Shown: positions 1-11,206, counted from the first letter of the stretch. The stretch: 64,000 bases of DNA from an uncultured Planctomycetaceae bacterium (GCA_963813715.1 CAWFAK010000005.1:384001-448000), one strand, 5' to 3'. Numbers and translations are program-made. The notes: generated by a model not told the origin, from the letters alone.

Positions 1-126
1 GGGCGTGCCCCTGCACTCGGGGCGGCCTGGACCGGATTGCGGCCCGGGCTTCTTCCCGCGGGCTGCGGTTGGGCGAGACGGCTGCGCCCGCTGGGTGACG
101 TTCCTGGATTTTGGTCGTGCAGTCAT
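1..126 (-). CDS. 5' part of a gene running off the window start (MTARPKSRNVTQRAQPSRP...), product unknown
   Basis: ATG at 126, open to the window edge; basic/Pro-rich N-terminus only. Confidence 0.3.
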   Translation of the reverse strand, partial: MTARPKSRNVTQRAQPSRPTAARGKKPGPQSGPGRPECRGTP

Positions 127-420
127 TTCAGTGGAAAGTGTCCGGACCGGATTCAGACTTCGTCGTAACTTCAACCGAAGTTGCTACTTAACTCCGGTCT
201 CTTTTGCTCACTCAGAAACTGACCGGACCTGGACCTCGGAGGCGCAAACCCCACGAGGCCAGGGGCAAGTCTTCCCGAGTCATTCTCGCTTGCAACAAGA
301 CGGATCAAGCCAGCCTACCAAGCCGGCGGCCGTGCCGAGAAGCCCGTGTTTCTACGGGCGCAGAAACAACGTTCGAGATCGCGTTTCTGAACGAGTCTCC
401 AGAGAGCCTTGCCTAGGGGC

Positions 421-861
421 TCACAGGGGGGCAAACGTGGCCGCCGCCAACAGCGCCAGGGAGCTGAGCCAAGTGTAGAAGCCTAAGCCAAATGAGGCGA
501 TGGGTGTCGCATCGCCCAAACCGGAGCCGTTGGGTAACCCCCGCAGCAGCAAACTCGAAAGGGCAATGAGCAGAGCGGCGACGGCGATCCAGCGAGCGGG
601 CTGCAGGTTCCCGAGCGAAAACAAGATCAATCCCGGGAGGAACAGCAGCTTGGCATACCAGCCAATTGCTCCAACAACAATTCCCAGACAACCATAGAGC
701 AAGACTTCTCCGCCCGACGCGGCTGTTCCGCTATTGAACGCCCACATGCCACGAAAGTGAAACACGTCGAGGAAGATGGAAAGGCCGTAAAGCGCAACGA
801 TCAGGGTTGCCAAAGCCAACCGCACCAGCACCAACCGTCCATCGGCGTCGCGTTTGCCCAT
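421..861 (-). CDS. Hypothetical membrane protein (~4 TM)
   Basis: From MGKRDADGRLVLVRLALATL..., several hydrophobic segments; GAGAAGAAG-rich RBS-like tract upstream. Confidence 0.6.
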   Translation of the reverse strand: MGKRDADGRLVLVRLALATLIVALYGLSIFLDVFHFRGMWAFNSGTAASGGEVLLYGCLGIVVGAIGWYAKLLFLPGLILFSLGNLQPARWIAVAALLIALSSLLLRGLPNGSGLGDATPIASFGLGFYTWLSSLALLAAATFAPL

Positions 862-953
862 CTCTTCTTCTCTCACCTGAACCACTGCCAGATTGCCGCC
901 AAACGGAATCCAGGAATTCGATCGCGTGCCACGGCTGAGACGCAGCGGTTCAT

Positions 954-1350
954 TTACTTGGTGTTTTCTTTGGGCACCCAACCTTCAAGGCCTCGTGCGG
1001 TGCGACACCACAACCAGCCACTCTCCTCAAATTGCACGAGCAGCTGTTCCCCTTTGCTTACAGTCAGTTCCGTTGCGTTGTAGTCTCTCAGAAGTACACA
1101 GGTGTTTTCTTCAACCCTCACATAATTCTCCGGCACCCATCCTTTTGTTCCGTCTCTGGGTGGTGCACCATAACCATTCGGGCCATTGGTGTTTGTGCCT
1201 CTCAGAATTCAGCTTGTCGTCAGGGTCAAAATCGAGAGTGTCCCCGGCTCGGAGGATGAGAGGATTCGGATAAGCTGATGTGTAGGCCTTCACGACACTC
1301 ACCGCGCGTGGACTCGACGATGACGAAGTGCCTTGCGGTGGTTGAGTCAT
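954..1350 (-). CDS. Tandem SH3-domain protein (frameshifted near 1150)
   Basis: Frame 1: VVKAYTSAYPNPLILRAGD...WPEWLWC; frame 2: GWVPENYV...DYNATELTVSKGE...GWLWCRTARGLEGWVP. Two SH3-like units with GW(V)P motifs. Confidence 0.75.
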
Positions 1351-1411
1351 TCGCCAATGTCTCTCCGAGCTACGAACGGCACATCGCGGGGCGTCGGTCG
1401 ACGATTCGACA

Positions 1412-1567
1412 AAGGCACGAAGACACAAAGATTGGAGCAGGAAAAGATCTTGGACAGGAGGAAACAGAGGGAACAGAGAAATCAATCGATTCGAGTCTGT
1501 CTTACTCTGTTCCTCCTCCTGTTCAATGTCTTCGTCTTCTTGGTGCCTTCGTGTTTTAGTGGTGAAA
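1412..1567. repeat. Nested palindromic REP-like intergenic element
   Basis: Inner arms TTGGACAGGAGGAAACAGAG(GGAACAGAG) 1450-1478 / CTCTGTTCCTCCTCCTGTTCAA 1505-1526; outer arms AAGGCACGAAGACACAAAG / CTTGGTGCCTTCGTGTTTTAGTGG. Confidence 0.65.
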
Positions 1568-1651
1568 ATCCAAAATTCCCGATCGTGAACACGACCAACG
1601 AGTTTCGGCAGCCTCCGGCTCGTAGGCGCCCGTCGGGACGGTCGATTTCGG

Positions 1652-4600
1652 TCAACGTGTCTCGGTCTGGGGTGGGTCCGTCGCGCGCTCGAGCGTCAAG
1701 TCGACCTCGTGTTCGGGACCGTAGCGGCCATTTTGCGTCGGCTTCACCTCGACCGACTGGCTGACGGGCACGAAGCCCGGGAAAGACACCGACAATTGAT
1801 ATTTCCCCGGCTCGGCGGTGAACGCGGTTCGGCCGAATTGCGACGACTGAACCGGGACGTCCCCCTTGAGGCCGGTCAGCCGGATGCGGCAACCCGGCAG
1901 AGGCAGGCCGTCCGTCGTAAACGGACAGACGTGCAGAAATCCCCGGCCCGAGGCGTGCGACGACGGCGCGTCGGAAAGGGCGATCGTCTTTTTCTCTCCC
2001 GCTGCCAGGGTGACCTCGCCCAGCTTGTCCGCGGCGATCACTCCTTGTTGCGTGAAGTAGTAGTCGCCGGCCGGCAGACCGTCGAATTCAAACCGCTCCT
2101 CTGGCGTCAGACTTTTTGAGGCAAACAGGCGATTGTCCTTGCTGCGTAATTCAATGTACCTGCCGCTTTCCGGGCCTGACGGTTTGAGCGTCCCGCTGAC
2201 CGCCGCCGTACCCTTTGGTGCTTCGAGCGTGATCGTTTGCTCCTTTGGGCCCGTGATCTCGATCTCATGCCGGACGCCCAGGTTCGGGGATCGATAAAAA
2301 GTCAGGCGATACTTGCCGACCGGCACGTCCCGGAAGACGAAGGGATCGTTCTTGCCCTGGGGCGGCTCGGCATTGCGGGACGACCCGTGATAGAACCACA
2401 CAGGATCGTACGGCCAGAGGATGAGATTCTCCCTCTGAGCGTTGCCGTCCCTGCCCGACTGCCCTTTGTCGTCCCTGCCTGACACATGAACGCGAAGCGT
2501 CACGGTCGTCAGATCGAGCGTGCCAAAAGCGTCGTTTGATGTTTGGACGACAAGCGGTTTGACGGGCGAGGTTCTCTGACGGTTGCCGGTGCCCGTCGTG
2601 TAGTAGAGCGTTCGCTCGCCGGGCGGGACGCCGCGAAAGACGAAGTTGCCGGCGTCATCGGTCATCGTGGCGGCCTCGAAAATGCCGTTGTTGGGTTCGT
2701 CGGCGAGGACCACCCGGGTGTTCGCCACCGGTTTGCCGTTCAGGAGCAGGCGGCCGGTGACTTTTTTGATCCCGCCGAAGTCGACGCGGAGCGACTTGCC
2801 CGGAGCCGGGCGAACCGCCTGCCGGATCACACCCTCCGCGGTCCAGCCATCGTGTCGAATGATGTAGACCAGGCTGTCGGGCAAGTGGGAGATTTCGTAT
2901 TCGCCCGCTTCGTCGGAGATGGCGGTCGCGAATTCTCCGGTTCCCCGATAGTCGTTGAATTGTCGATCGAGAAACTGCAGCCGCACGCCGGGAGCCGGGC
3001 GACCCGATTGGTTGTAAACGCGGCCGCGGATAGTGCCGCCGTGCTTCAGGGTGATCCTGAGAGGCGCGGGCGTCGCGTCCGCCTTGAGCTCGATATCTTT
3101 CACTTCGGCGAAGACATAGTCGGGATGCAGCGCGCGAATCGTCTCCGTGCCGGGGCTGAGGTTCTCGAAGCGAAAACGGCCGTCAGTTGTTTGAGGGTTG
3201 GCGCCGGGAAGCACTTTGGCTGCCGAAGCAGGCAGCGGGCGGCCGTAGGTGGAACGGGCAAGGACCGTGGCGCCGTTGATCGGGCGCCCGGCTTCGTCCA
3301 CCACGGTGCCCGACAGACTCAGCCCTTTCGCGAGCGTGACGCGAACTTCCTGCTTGGGATCGACCGCGGTGTCGGCCGGCGCACTCTTGGTGATCGCATA
3401 TCCGTCGGCCGACGCTTCGACGACGTAAACTCCCGGCCCGGAGATTTCGACCGAAAACGCGCCGTGCGGGTCGGACACGCTGTGCCAGCTCGGATCGACC
3501 CACTCGTTCCGGCCGCCCAAACCTTGCGTTCTTATGACACGGACGCGGAGGTTGGTGAGCGGTTTGTCGGGTTTTCCCGCCAACACCCGCCCTTTGAGCA
3601 GCACCGGCTCGCGGGCCGTGATCTCCAGGACGACATCGTTCGTTCCGGTGGCAACCGCCGGGATTCGTTTCATCTCATATTCGCGGGAGTTGATCGTCAG
3701 CTCGTAGCGGCCGTCGGGGATCGGGCCGATCTTGAAGGTGATGTCGTTCGGCTGGACATACTGCATCGAATTGTCGGAACGTTTGCCGGTCCCATTGGCA
3801 CTGATCCAAAAGCCCTGCTCCTTCGGCCGGTTCCCTTTGAAATGGATGCGACCGGAGATGGTGCCCGTCTTTCCGGGCGAGGGGAAGTTCGTTTTGAGGG
3901 CCAACGGTTCCTTGCGGTCGAAGAGATCGACGTCGCTCATCACCGGGGAGTTTTCCCAACTACTAGGACCGCGGGGAATCGAGACGCTGATCTTGTAGGC
4001 CCCGAGCCCGATGTGCGGCAGCGTGAATGAACCATCCGCGCGAATCGGGAGGCCCGACGGCGAAGACATATAGTCCCACCAACTGGGCAGAGCCTGGATG
4101 GTGCTTCCCACCGGGGGCTTGCCGTCACTGCAGATCACCGTTCCCTCGACCGCCTTGCCTTTGGTCAGCGTGATTTCCCGCTCGACGATCTTTTTGGTGT
4201 CGTCGAGTTTGATGTCGAGGGATCCGAGCGCGTAGTCCTCGTGGTGGAAAGCGAATCGAACGACCTGCGGCGAGGGGGCCATCCCGCCCACCGTGGCGGT
4301 TCCATCCTTGGCCGTCGAGTGCCATTTGCCGTCGTACCGCCCTGGTTTGTAGATCGACACCTTGGGGAGCGGATGCCCCTCTTCGTCGACGACCTTCAGC
4401 TTGAGCTGACACCCCGGCTTGAGGACAAAGTTCCGCGTCACCGTGTGCGGCGGATCGAGGGGAATCTCGAGACGCTCGTCCTCGTAGTCCGAGAGACTGA
4501 TGCAGCGGTTGCTGAAGATGCTCAGACGGTATGCACCGGCATCGGGCACTCGGTCGAACGCATACGAGCCGTCAGGCTTGGTCTTCGCCATGTAGACCCG

Positions 4601-4906
4601 GCCGCCCTGCTTCGGATAAATCTGCAGCTCCGCATCGGTCACGGGCGCGCCGGTCTCGTCGGTAATTCGCCCGGTGAGCGAGCTGGGCAGCAAGGGAGGC
4701 CGCGGCCGTCTGGCTCTGGGCTGCGGCTTTGGTTTCGCCTTCGCGGCCGCGGGCGCGTCGACCTTGGGCGGATTGGCCGCCGGTGGATCGGCGGCTGGCG
4801 CGAGATCGCAGTCCGACAGCGGCGCCAGGGCGAGCAGGCCGGCGCAGACGAAGGTGGCGCGGGCAAACATGGCACGCCACGAAAACGCGGATCGCGACGA
4901 GAGCAT
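1652..4906 (-). CDS. Large secreted protein with multiple carboxypeptidase-regulatory-like (beta-sandwich) repeats
   Basis: Signal peptide; repeated GxVxDxxGxPxxGAxV...TxxDGxFxxxxLxxGxY units; GAGGAG RBS. Confidence 0.85.
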   Translation of the reverse strand: MLSSRSAFSWRAMFARATFVCAGLLALAPLSDCDLAPAADPPAANPPKVDAPAAAKAKPKPQPRARRPRPPLLPSSLTGRITDETGAPVTDAELQIYPKQGGRVYMAKTKPDGSYAFDRVPDAGAYRLSIFSNRCISLSDYEDERLEIPLDPPHTVTRNFVLKPGCQLKLKVVDEEGHPLPKVSIYKPGRYDGKWHSTAKDGTATVGGMAPSPQVVRFAFHHEDYALGSLDIKLDDTKKIVEREITLTKGKAVEGTVICSDGKPPVGSTIQALPSWWDYMSSPSGLPIRADGSFTLPHIGLGAYKISVSIPRGPSSWENSPVMSDVDLFDRKEPLALKTNFPSPGKTGTISGRIHFKGNRPKEQGFWISANGTGKRSDNSMQYVQPNDITFKIGPIPDGRYELTINSREYEMKRIPAVATGTNDVVLEITAREPVLLKGRVLAGKPDKPLTNLRVRVIRTQGLGGRNEWVDPSWHSVSDPHGAFSVEISGPGVYVVEASADGYAITKSAPADTAVDPKQEVRVTLAKGLSLSGTVVDEAGRPINGATVLARSTYGRPLPASAAKVLPGANPQTTDGRFRFENLSPGTETIRALHPDYVFAEVKDIELKADATPAPLRITLKHGGTIRGRVYNQSGRPAPGVRLQFLDRQFNDYRGTGEFATAISDEAGEYEISHLPDSLVYIIRHDGWTAEGVIRQAVRPAPGKSLRVDFGGIKKVTGRLLLNGKPVANTRVVLADEPNNGIFEAATMTDDAGNFVFRGVPPGERTLYYTTGTGNRQRTSPVKPLVVQTSNDAFGTLDLTTVTLRVHVSGRDDKGQSGRDGNAQRENLILWPYDPVWFYHGSSRNAEPPQGKNDPFVFRDVPVGKYRLTFYRSPNLGVRHEIEITGPKEQTITLEAPKGTAAVSGTLKPSGPESGRYIELRSKDNRLFASKSLTPEERFEFDGLPAGDYYFTQQGVIAADKLGEVTLAAGEKKTIALSDAPSSHASGRGFLHVCPFTTDGLPLPGCRIRLTGLKGDVPVQSSQFGRTAFTAEPGKYQLSVSFPGFVPVSQSVEVKPTQNGRYGPEHEVDLTLERATDPPQTETR

Positions 4907-5006
4907 GGGCGGTCTCCTCACGGACGGCCAAACGCTTTCGCACGATTATACTGCGGATGCGGGTCCTCGACTGCCTGGATAGGAAAGACGCGCTTCGAGT
5001 CGCGAG

Positions 5007-5459
5007 CTAGTGATTCTTGGGAGCTGGTTTTTTCAGGTAGTTGGCAATTGGGATCGAATGATAGTACCAGGTGAGTGGCTCGCTCTTGCCGTCAAGGGTC
5101 CGCGTCCTCAACTGGATCTCGGCGCGCGCCGCCCATTCGCGTTTCAAATGAAGATCCACTCGACGGTTTCCGTCCACGTTTCGCACCGCCAGCGGGATCG
5201 AGAGATCGACGAAGCCCGTCCCGGCTTCGCCGGGGATCACTAGCTCCACGCCCGTGAGCGGCTGCAACCGTCCCTCGTCGGCGATCGTCAGATTGACCGT
5301 GACACGGCCCGAGCCGTGCTCAATGCACGAGACATCGTAGGCGAGTTTGAGTTGCTCTTTCGTTTGCCCCAACTTTTCGCCCAGCCCGTGGGCTGGCGCG
5401 GCTACGAACAGTCCGAGAGCAAACACGAAGATGGTCACGCCGAGCCGACGCAGGGGCAT
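5007..5459 (-). CDS. Hypothetical secreted protein
   Basis: Signal peptide ending APAHG; AAGGAG RBS; TATAAT ~30 nt upstream. Confidence 0.75.
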   Translation of the reverse strand: MPLRRLGVTIFVFALGLFVAAPAHGLGEKLGQTKEQLKLAYDVSCIEHGSGRVTVNLTIADEGRLQPLTGVELVIPGEAGTGFVDLSIPLAVRNVDGNRRVDLHLKREWAARAEIQLRTRTLDGKSEPLTWYYHSIPIANYLKKPAPKNH

Positions 5460-5611
5460 AGGTCCGCTCCTTCACCGAGTGACGATCACCCGATTATAGA
5501 CGCGCCCCTTCAGACTTACCCCGTCCGGGATTGGTTCCGCGCGCAACGTCTGGCGCAACCGCTCCCAGGTGCCCGGGCTCGGTGATGTGGCGGGCCGAAG
5601 CGGTTCGCGCG

Positions 5612-7565
5612 TCAGCTCCCCAGGTGGGCCGGCACGACGAGCACACTGATATGCGAGGGCTGCCCGGGCGTGTGGTACAAGCGCTCGGTCGCCTTTTTGT
5701 ACTGCGACTCCTTCGCCGAATAGATATCGGTGAAGACCTGCGGGTTGCGATCGATCACGGGGAACCAGCTCGACTGCACCTGGATCATCAGGCGGTGGCC
5801 GGCGCGGAACGTGTGCAGCACGTCGTTGAGCGCGAACTTCACCGGCGTCGGTTTGTTCGGCTCGAAGGCTTGCGGTTTTTCGTAGCTGTCGCGGAACTTG
5901 CCGCGCATCACTTCGGCACGCAGCAGTTGCTCGTAACCGCCCATGCTGGCTCGCGTCGGGTTCGGATCCGGATTGGGGTAATCGTCGGGATAGACGTCGA
6001 TCAGCTTCACGACATAGTCGGAGTCGGTGCCCGAGGTCGAGACGATCAGGTTCGCCTGGACGGGGCCGGCGATGGTCAGATCTTCTTCGAGCACGGGCGT
6101 CTTGTAGGTCAACACGTCGCTGCGACGCGACGCGAAGCGCTGGTCGGCCGTCATGTAGTCGCGGGCGATGGTGTCGGTGATCCGTTCGATGTAGGGAACC
6201 GGATGGGCCGGGTCGCTCACATATTCGTCGGACTCTTTGTCGGTGTTGTGCGGGCCGGCGGCGGGCGCCTTCTCCGTGAGCTTGCCCCCCTCCTGGAAGT
6301 AGAAGGACTTGGGCGTCACGCCCTTGGGCGGCCACGTGGCGTAGCCCCGCCAGACATTCGTCCCCGTTTCGAAGACGTAGGCTTCGGTCTTGTCCGGCTT
6401 GCCCTTGCCTTTGAGGTAGTACTCGAAGAAGGGGAACTCGATGTGCTCGGCGTAGTATTCGGCCGTTTTATCGTTGAAGGTGACGTCGCCCAGCTTGGAG
6501 CCGTCGCCGCGGGCCCAGCCGCCGTGAATCCACGGGCCCATCACGAGCCGATTGACTGTCTCGGGCGATTGGCGCTCGATGCTCTCATAGACCTGGATCG
6601 CGCCCGAAGATTCCTCGCAGTCGTACCAGCCGCCGACGGTGAGCACGGCCGGCTTGACGTGCTTGAGGTGCGGTAGGATCGTGCGGGCCTTCCACCACTC
6701 GTCGTAGTTGGGGTGCTCGACCAGGTCCTTCAAGAAGCCGGTGCCGCCGCGGGCCTGCCGTTCGGCGATCGTGTCGAGTCGGCCGAGCGTGAGGTAGTGG
6801 TTGTAGACGTCGGGCCGACTGCCTTCGCGGCGCATGCCGCCCATTCGGCCGCCTCCCCGGTTGGCGGCTGCTCCGCGTTGCGGCCGATCGAAGAACTCCA
6901 GGAAGTTGATGCTGTCGGCCAGGATGAACGCGCCGTTGTGATGGTAGTCGTCGCCGACGAACCAATCGGTGACCGGCGCCTGAGGCGAGACGGCCTTGAG
7001 CGCGGGGTGCGCATCGACCAGACCGCACGACGAATAGAAGCCGGGATAGGAGATGCCCATCAGGCCGACGTTGCCGTTGTTGTTGGGAACGTGCTTGATG
7101 AGCCAGTCGATCGTGTCGTAGGTGTCGCTCGACTCGTCGATCTGTTTGTCTTTCTTGTTGGGAATGTACGGGCGGATGTTGACGAACTTCCCCTCGGACA
7201 TGTGGCAACCGCGCACGTCCTGAAAGACGAAGATGTAGCCCGACTTGTCGTAGTGCGACGACTGGCCGAGCCGCGCGCGATACTGATCCTCGCCGTACGG
7301 CCGCACGCTGTAGGGCGTCCGCGTCATCAACATCGGGTATTTTTGCGACTGGTCTTTGGGGACGTAGACGGCGGTGAAGAGCTTGACGCCGTCGCGCATC
7401 GGGACCTTGTATTCGTACTTGGTGTAGCGAGCCTTGGTCTCGGCGACCTGGGCCGGATCAGGCGCCGGGCCTTGGCCGCGAGAGTCGGTTTGACAGAGCG
7501 CCGGCAAGCAAGAGAGCAGCCAGCGCGGCAGACCGGGAGACGAGAAACCGCCGGATCGGAGTCAT
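5612..7565 (-). CDS. CocE/NonD family (S15) serine hydrolase; signal peptide frameshifted near 7480
   Basis: VPMRDGVKL, RTPY, QDVRG..SEG, GISYPG nucleophile, GGWYDxE, GPWxHG; upstream frame MTPIRRFLVSRSAALAALLLAG is the signal peptide. Confidence 0.9.
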
Positions 7566-7757
7566 TTTGGGCTCTTTGGCAAGTGCGTCACGGGTGTGGG
7601 ACTGACGTCGACAATGCGCCCTCGAATATAACAAAGATCGCGGGCGCGAAGGGGTCTCCCGCGCATTAAGAGGCGTTCACGAAGGGCTCCGCTGCGCTGG
7701 GCCGACCGACGGCGAAAACAGGCGAGAGGGAGGGCTACGAACTCCACGCGCGACGGG

Positions 7758-8740
7758 CTAGGTTGCCGCGCGGATCGGTTGCGGGAGGTTCGCCAGCCAT
7801 TGCAGCAGCAGGTCGGGCCACTTGGCCGGGGGAAATCCGTTCTTCACCCGCTGCGGGATCAGGTTGCCGACACCGTGGCCCCCTTCGCGGAACTCCTCCA
7901 TGTGCACCGGCACGCCGAGCTTTTCCAGGTCGGCCTTGATGGCCCGCGGCATCTCGATCGGCGCACCGCCGCTGATCCCATCGTTGGTGGCGTGAACGAG
8001 GAACACGGGAGGCGAGTCTTTCTGAAACTTGAAAGGGGACTGCTTCTGCCGCCAGTGCCACGTCGCCAGCCCGACAGCGAAGTCCGGGCGGCTGCTCAGC
8101 CGTTCAATTGGGTCGACGGCGTCCTTATCTCCGCCGTCGAAGTTGGCGGCCAGGTTCATCGCCAGGTTGTGCCCGCCGAGTAGCCGGCGATGCCGATCTT
8201 GTGCGGGTCGATGCGCCACTCTTTCGCCCGGTCTCGCACGACGCGCGTGGCCCGCTTCGCGTCGAGCAGCGTGATTTCCTGGATGCCCGCGTTGCTCACC
8301 CGATACGGAGGCCGCAAACGATACTTGAGGCCGATGACGGCGACGCCTTTCGGCACGAAGACATCGGCCGCGTAGACGACGTGCGTCTTCCAATCGAGCG
8401 CGCCGTAGCCGCCTCCCGCGCAAACAATCAGCGCCATTCCCGTCGCCTTCGCCGGCGGCGGTAGGTAAACGCTGATCGTCGGCACCGACACCATCTTGAT
8501 TGTGCCGCGCGGCTCGACGGTTTCGGGCGGGGCACCGTCCAGAAACTTGGGGGGCTTGCCCGGCCAGAGCGGCAGGACCAAGGGTGCCCCGCCGACAGTC
8601 CCTGGCGGCACGGAATTCTGGCGGGCCGATCGTCGGACGGACGGAACAGAGGTGTCTTGCGCCACCGCAAGGGCGCAACAAACGGCCAGCAGCAGACCGG
8701 TGGCAGACAAGAATCGAATCGCAGGTGAGAATCGAATCAC
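7758..8740 (-). CDS. Secreted alpha/beta hydrolase (esterase/xylanase-like), frameshift near 8175; start uncertain
   Basis: PLWPG, CAGGGY, LKYRL, IDPHKIGIAGYSAG | GHNLA...SSRPDFA...PPVFLVHATND...GGHG. Confidence 0.85.
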
Positions 8741-8764
8741 AGGCGAGAAGAATCGAATCGAGGC
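8710..8764. repeat. ~18-bp tandem repeat x3 in the hydrolase N-terminus
   Basis: AGAATCGAATCGCAGGTG AGAATCGAATCACAGGCG AGA-AGAATCGAATCGAGGC (encodes IRF(F)SP units). Confidence 0.8.
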
Positions 8765-8973
8765 CTGAGCGTGACAGATGCGACAGTGCAGAGCCGCTCA
8801 CTCCGTTTATGTCTGTTCGCGAAACGCTGGCAAAGGATGCGGACCGGGCTGGAAAATGTCGGCAGCGGGGGACTTGCCGGCGAGAAATCAGCGGGCTGGG
8901 AGCTTAGAGTCTTTGTATCCGCTGCGCACTTTGCCCAAGAAAACGGGATCTGTCAACGACGGAGTCCAGCCGC

Positions 8974-10104
8974 ATGAGGGCTCTCTCTAACCGCATCTGC
9001 CACAGACGAGAAAGAAACTTGCAGCTCCAGCATGAACGACCGCAAACCGCTTGCCTGCTGCACGGGAGGATCCGGACGAAAGTTTTTGTTTTCGCGACCG
9101 TGCTCATGGCGACGTTGCGACTGGCGCTGGGCCAGGCGACGGCTCAAGCCCAATGGCAGACGCAAGCGATCAACACGAGTGCGAACTTCCGCGGACTGTC
9201 GGCCGTGAGCGCCCGGGTGGCCTGGGTGAGCGGCACCGAGGGCACGTACGGCCGCACGACCGACGGCGGTCAGACGTGGTCGGTCGCCGTGGTGCCCGGT
9301 GCGGACAAGCTCGATTTTCGCGACGTCGAGGCCTTCGACGCGGCGACCGCGTACCTCTTGAGCGCCGGACCGGGAACCGACTCCCGAATCTATAAGACGA
9401 CCGATGCCGGCCGCACGTGGAATCGGCAATTTCAGAACTCCGATCGCCAGGCGTTCTTCGACGCCCTGGCATTCTGGGGCGAGCGGCATGGCCTGGCGAT
9501 CAGCGATCCGGTGAACGGTCGCTTTCCGCTCATCGTCACAGAGGACGCCGGCTCGCATTGGACCCCGCTTGCGGCCGTCGATCTGCCGCGGGCGCTGCCG
9601 AACGAAGGGGCCTTCGCGGCGAGCGGTACCTGCCTGGTCACGCACGGTCCGAGCGACGTGTGGTTCGGCACGGGCGGAGCCAAAGTGGCCCGCGTCTTTC
9701 ACTCGGCCGATCGGGGTCGACACTGGACGGTGAGCGAGACGCCCATTCCCGCCGGAGTCGCGTCGGCCGGCATCTTCTCGATCGCCTTTCGCGACCGCGA
9801 TCACGGCCTGATCGTCGGCGGCGACTACGCCAAACCGACTCAGCCGGGAGCGAACGCGGCCCGCACAGTTGACGGCGGTCGCACGTGGACGCCGCTAGGC
9901 CGACCGTTCGCTTATCGCTCGGGCGTCGCTTGGGCGAGAGACCGCTGGATCGCCGTTGGCACCTCCGGTTCCGACGTCTCCACTGACGATGGTGTTACGT
10001 GGAAACCCCTCGACCGACAGAACGACAATACGGTCAGCTTCGCGCCGGACGGCACAGGCTGGACCGCCGGTCCGCGCGGTCGGATTGCGAAGTTCGTTAA
10101 CTAG
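8974..10104 (+). CDS. BNR/Asp-box repeat beta-propeller (YCF48-like/glycosyl hydrolase); true start probably downstream
   Basis: Repeated T/S-x-D-x-G-x-T-W Asp boxes; FRGLSAVS, LDFRDVEAFD, EGAFAASGT. Confidence 0.85.
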   Translation: MRALSNRICHRRERNLQLQHERPQTACLLHGRIRTKVFVFATVLMATLRLALGQATAQAQWQTQAINTSANFRGLSAVSARVAWVSGTEGTYGRTTDGGQTWSVAVVPGADKLDFRDVEAFDAATAYLLSAGPGTDSRIYKTTDAGRTWNRQFQNSDRQAFFDALAFWGERHGLAISDPVNGRFPLIVTEDAGSHWTPLAAVDLPRALPNEGAFAASGTCLVTHGPSDVWFGTGGAKVARVFHSADRGRHWTVSETPIPAGVASAGIFSIAFRDRDHGLIVGGDYAKPTQPGANAARTVDGGRTWTPLGRPFAYRSGVAWARDRWIAVGTSGSDVSTDDGVTWKPLDRQNDNTVSFAPDGTGWTAGPRGRIAKFVN

Positions 10105-10200
10105 AGGTCAATCAGCGGAGGTTGTGCGGTCGCAGTCTCACGTCGTTCGGCTTGGTATCTTTGAGCGCGTCGAATTCCGGAACAGTGTCACACGATTCTT

Positions 10201-11028
10201 ATGCCACATACCATCCTCCTCGCCCACGGCGTTTTGGGATTTGGGGCCGACCTCAAGATCCGGTTGCCCGCGCAATACTTCAACGGCGTGGCCGGGCATC
10301 TCGAGGGGCAGGGGCACCGGGTGTTCGCGCCGAGCGTGGATCCGATCGGCAGCATTGCGAAGCGCGGCCGGCAACTGGCGGAGCGGATCCTCGAAGTGCC
10401 GCTGGAGCCGGGCGAGAAACTGCACGTGATCGCCTACAGCATGGGAGGGCTCGACGCGCGGCACGCGCTCTCGAACATCAGCGAGGAGGACATCTCGCAG
10501 CGGGTGGCCGATCGCGTGGCGACGCTGGTCACGGTGGGCACGCCGCACCGCGGCTCGCCGGTGGCCGACGCGATCGCCAATCCGAGCCTGCCCCTGTTCC
10601 AGAAAATCCCGCCCCTGTTACGGGAGGCGTTTCGCGACGCGGCGCCGGCGCTTCGCGACTTGACGACCGAGGCCGCCGAACGCTTCGATCGGGAGACGCC
10701 CGACGTGCCCGGCGTGCGCTACATCGAAGTGGCGGGCGACGCCTTTCAGGCGGGCAAAGGATTGTTTGTCTTCCAGCTGGCCGCGGCGATCGGCGGGATC
10801 AAAAGCGAAGTCAACGACGGCGTGGTCACGCGGGCCTCGGCTCTGCGCGACGTCGCCGGTCACGAGCACCTCGACGACTGGCCGGTCGACCACGCGGGTG
10901 CGATCGGCTGGAGCTTTCCGTCGCTGCTGCTCTTCAACGCCCGCCACTTCCCGATCAAGTTTCGCCTTCCCTGGCTGCCGCCGCCCACCCATCTGGAGCG
11001 GTATGACGAAATCGTCGCCCGGCTCTGA
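10201..11028 (+). CDS. Lipase/esterase family alpha/beta hydrolase
   Basis: LAHGVLGF oxyanion motif, AYSMGGLDAR nucleophile elbow, GTPHRGS, NDGVV, DH. Confidence 0.9.
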   Translation: MPHTILLAHGVLGFGADLKIRLPAQYFNGVAGHLEGQGHRVFAPSVDPIGSIAKRGRQLAERILEVPLEPGEKLHVIAYSMGGLDARHALSNISEEDISQRVADRVATLVTVGTPHRGSPVADAIANPSLPLFQKIPPLLREAFRDAAPALRDLTTEAAERFDRETPDVPGVRYIEVAGDAFQAGKGLFVFQLAAAIGGIKSEVNDGVVTRASALRDVAGHEHLDDWPVDHAGAIGWSFPSLLLFNARHFPIKFRLPWLPPPTHLERYDEIVARL

Positions 11029-11206
11029 GATCGACGTCGCGGGAGGGAAAAGCCCCCACGCAACCTGTCGGAAGGCAGGCGGCGGATCGCTCCTAAGTCG
11101 CGTACTACGAGCCTGTTAGCGTATTCGGCCGGGCCCGGGTCGCGACTCCAAAGGGGTCGCGGGCGGCCGCGGAACCCCGGCCAAAATCCGTCAAATCGGG
11201 AATCCC

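Noticed and set aside
10201..11028. AYSMG instead of GHSxG as an inactive lipase
   Set aside because: AxSxG elbows occur in active lipases, and the Ser, Asp and His candidates are present
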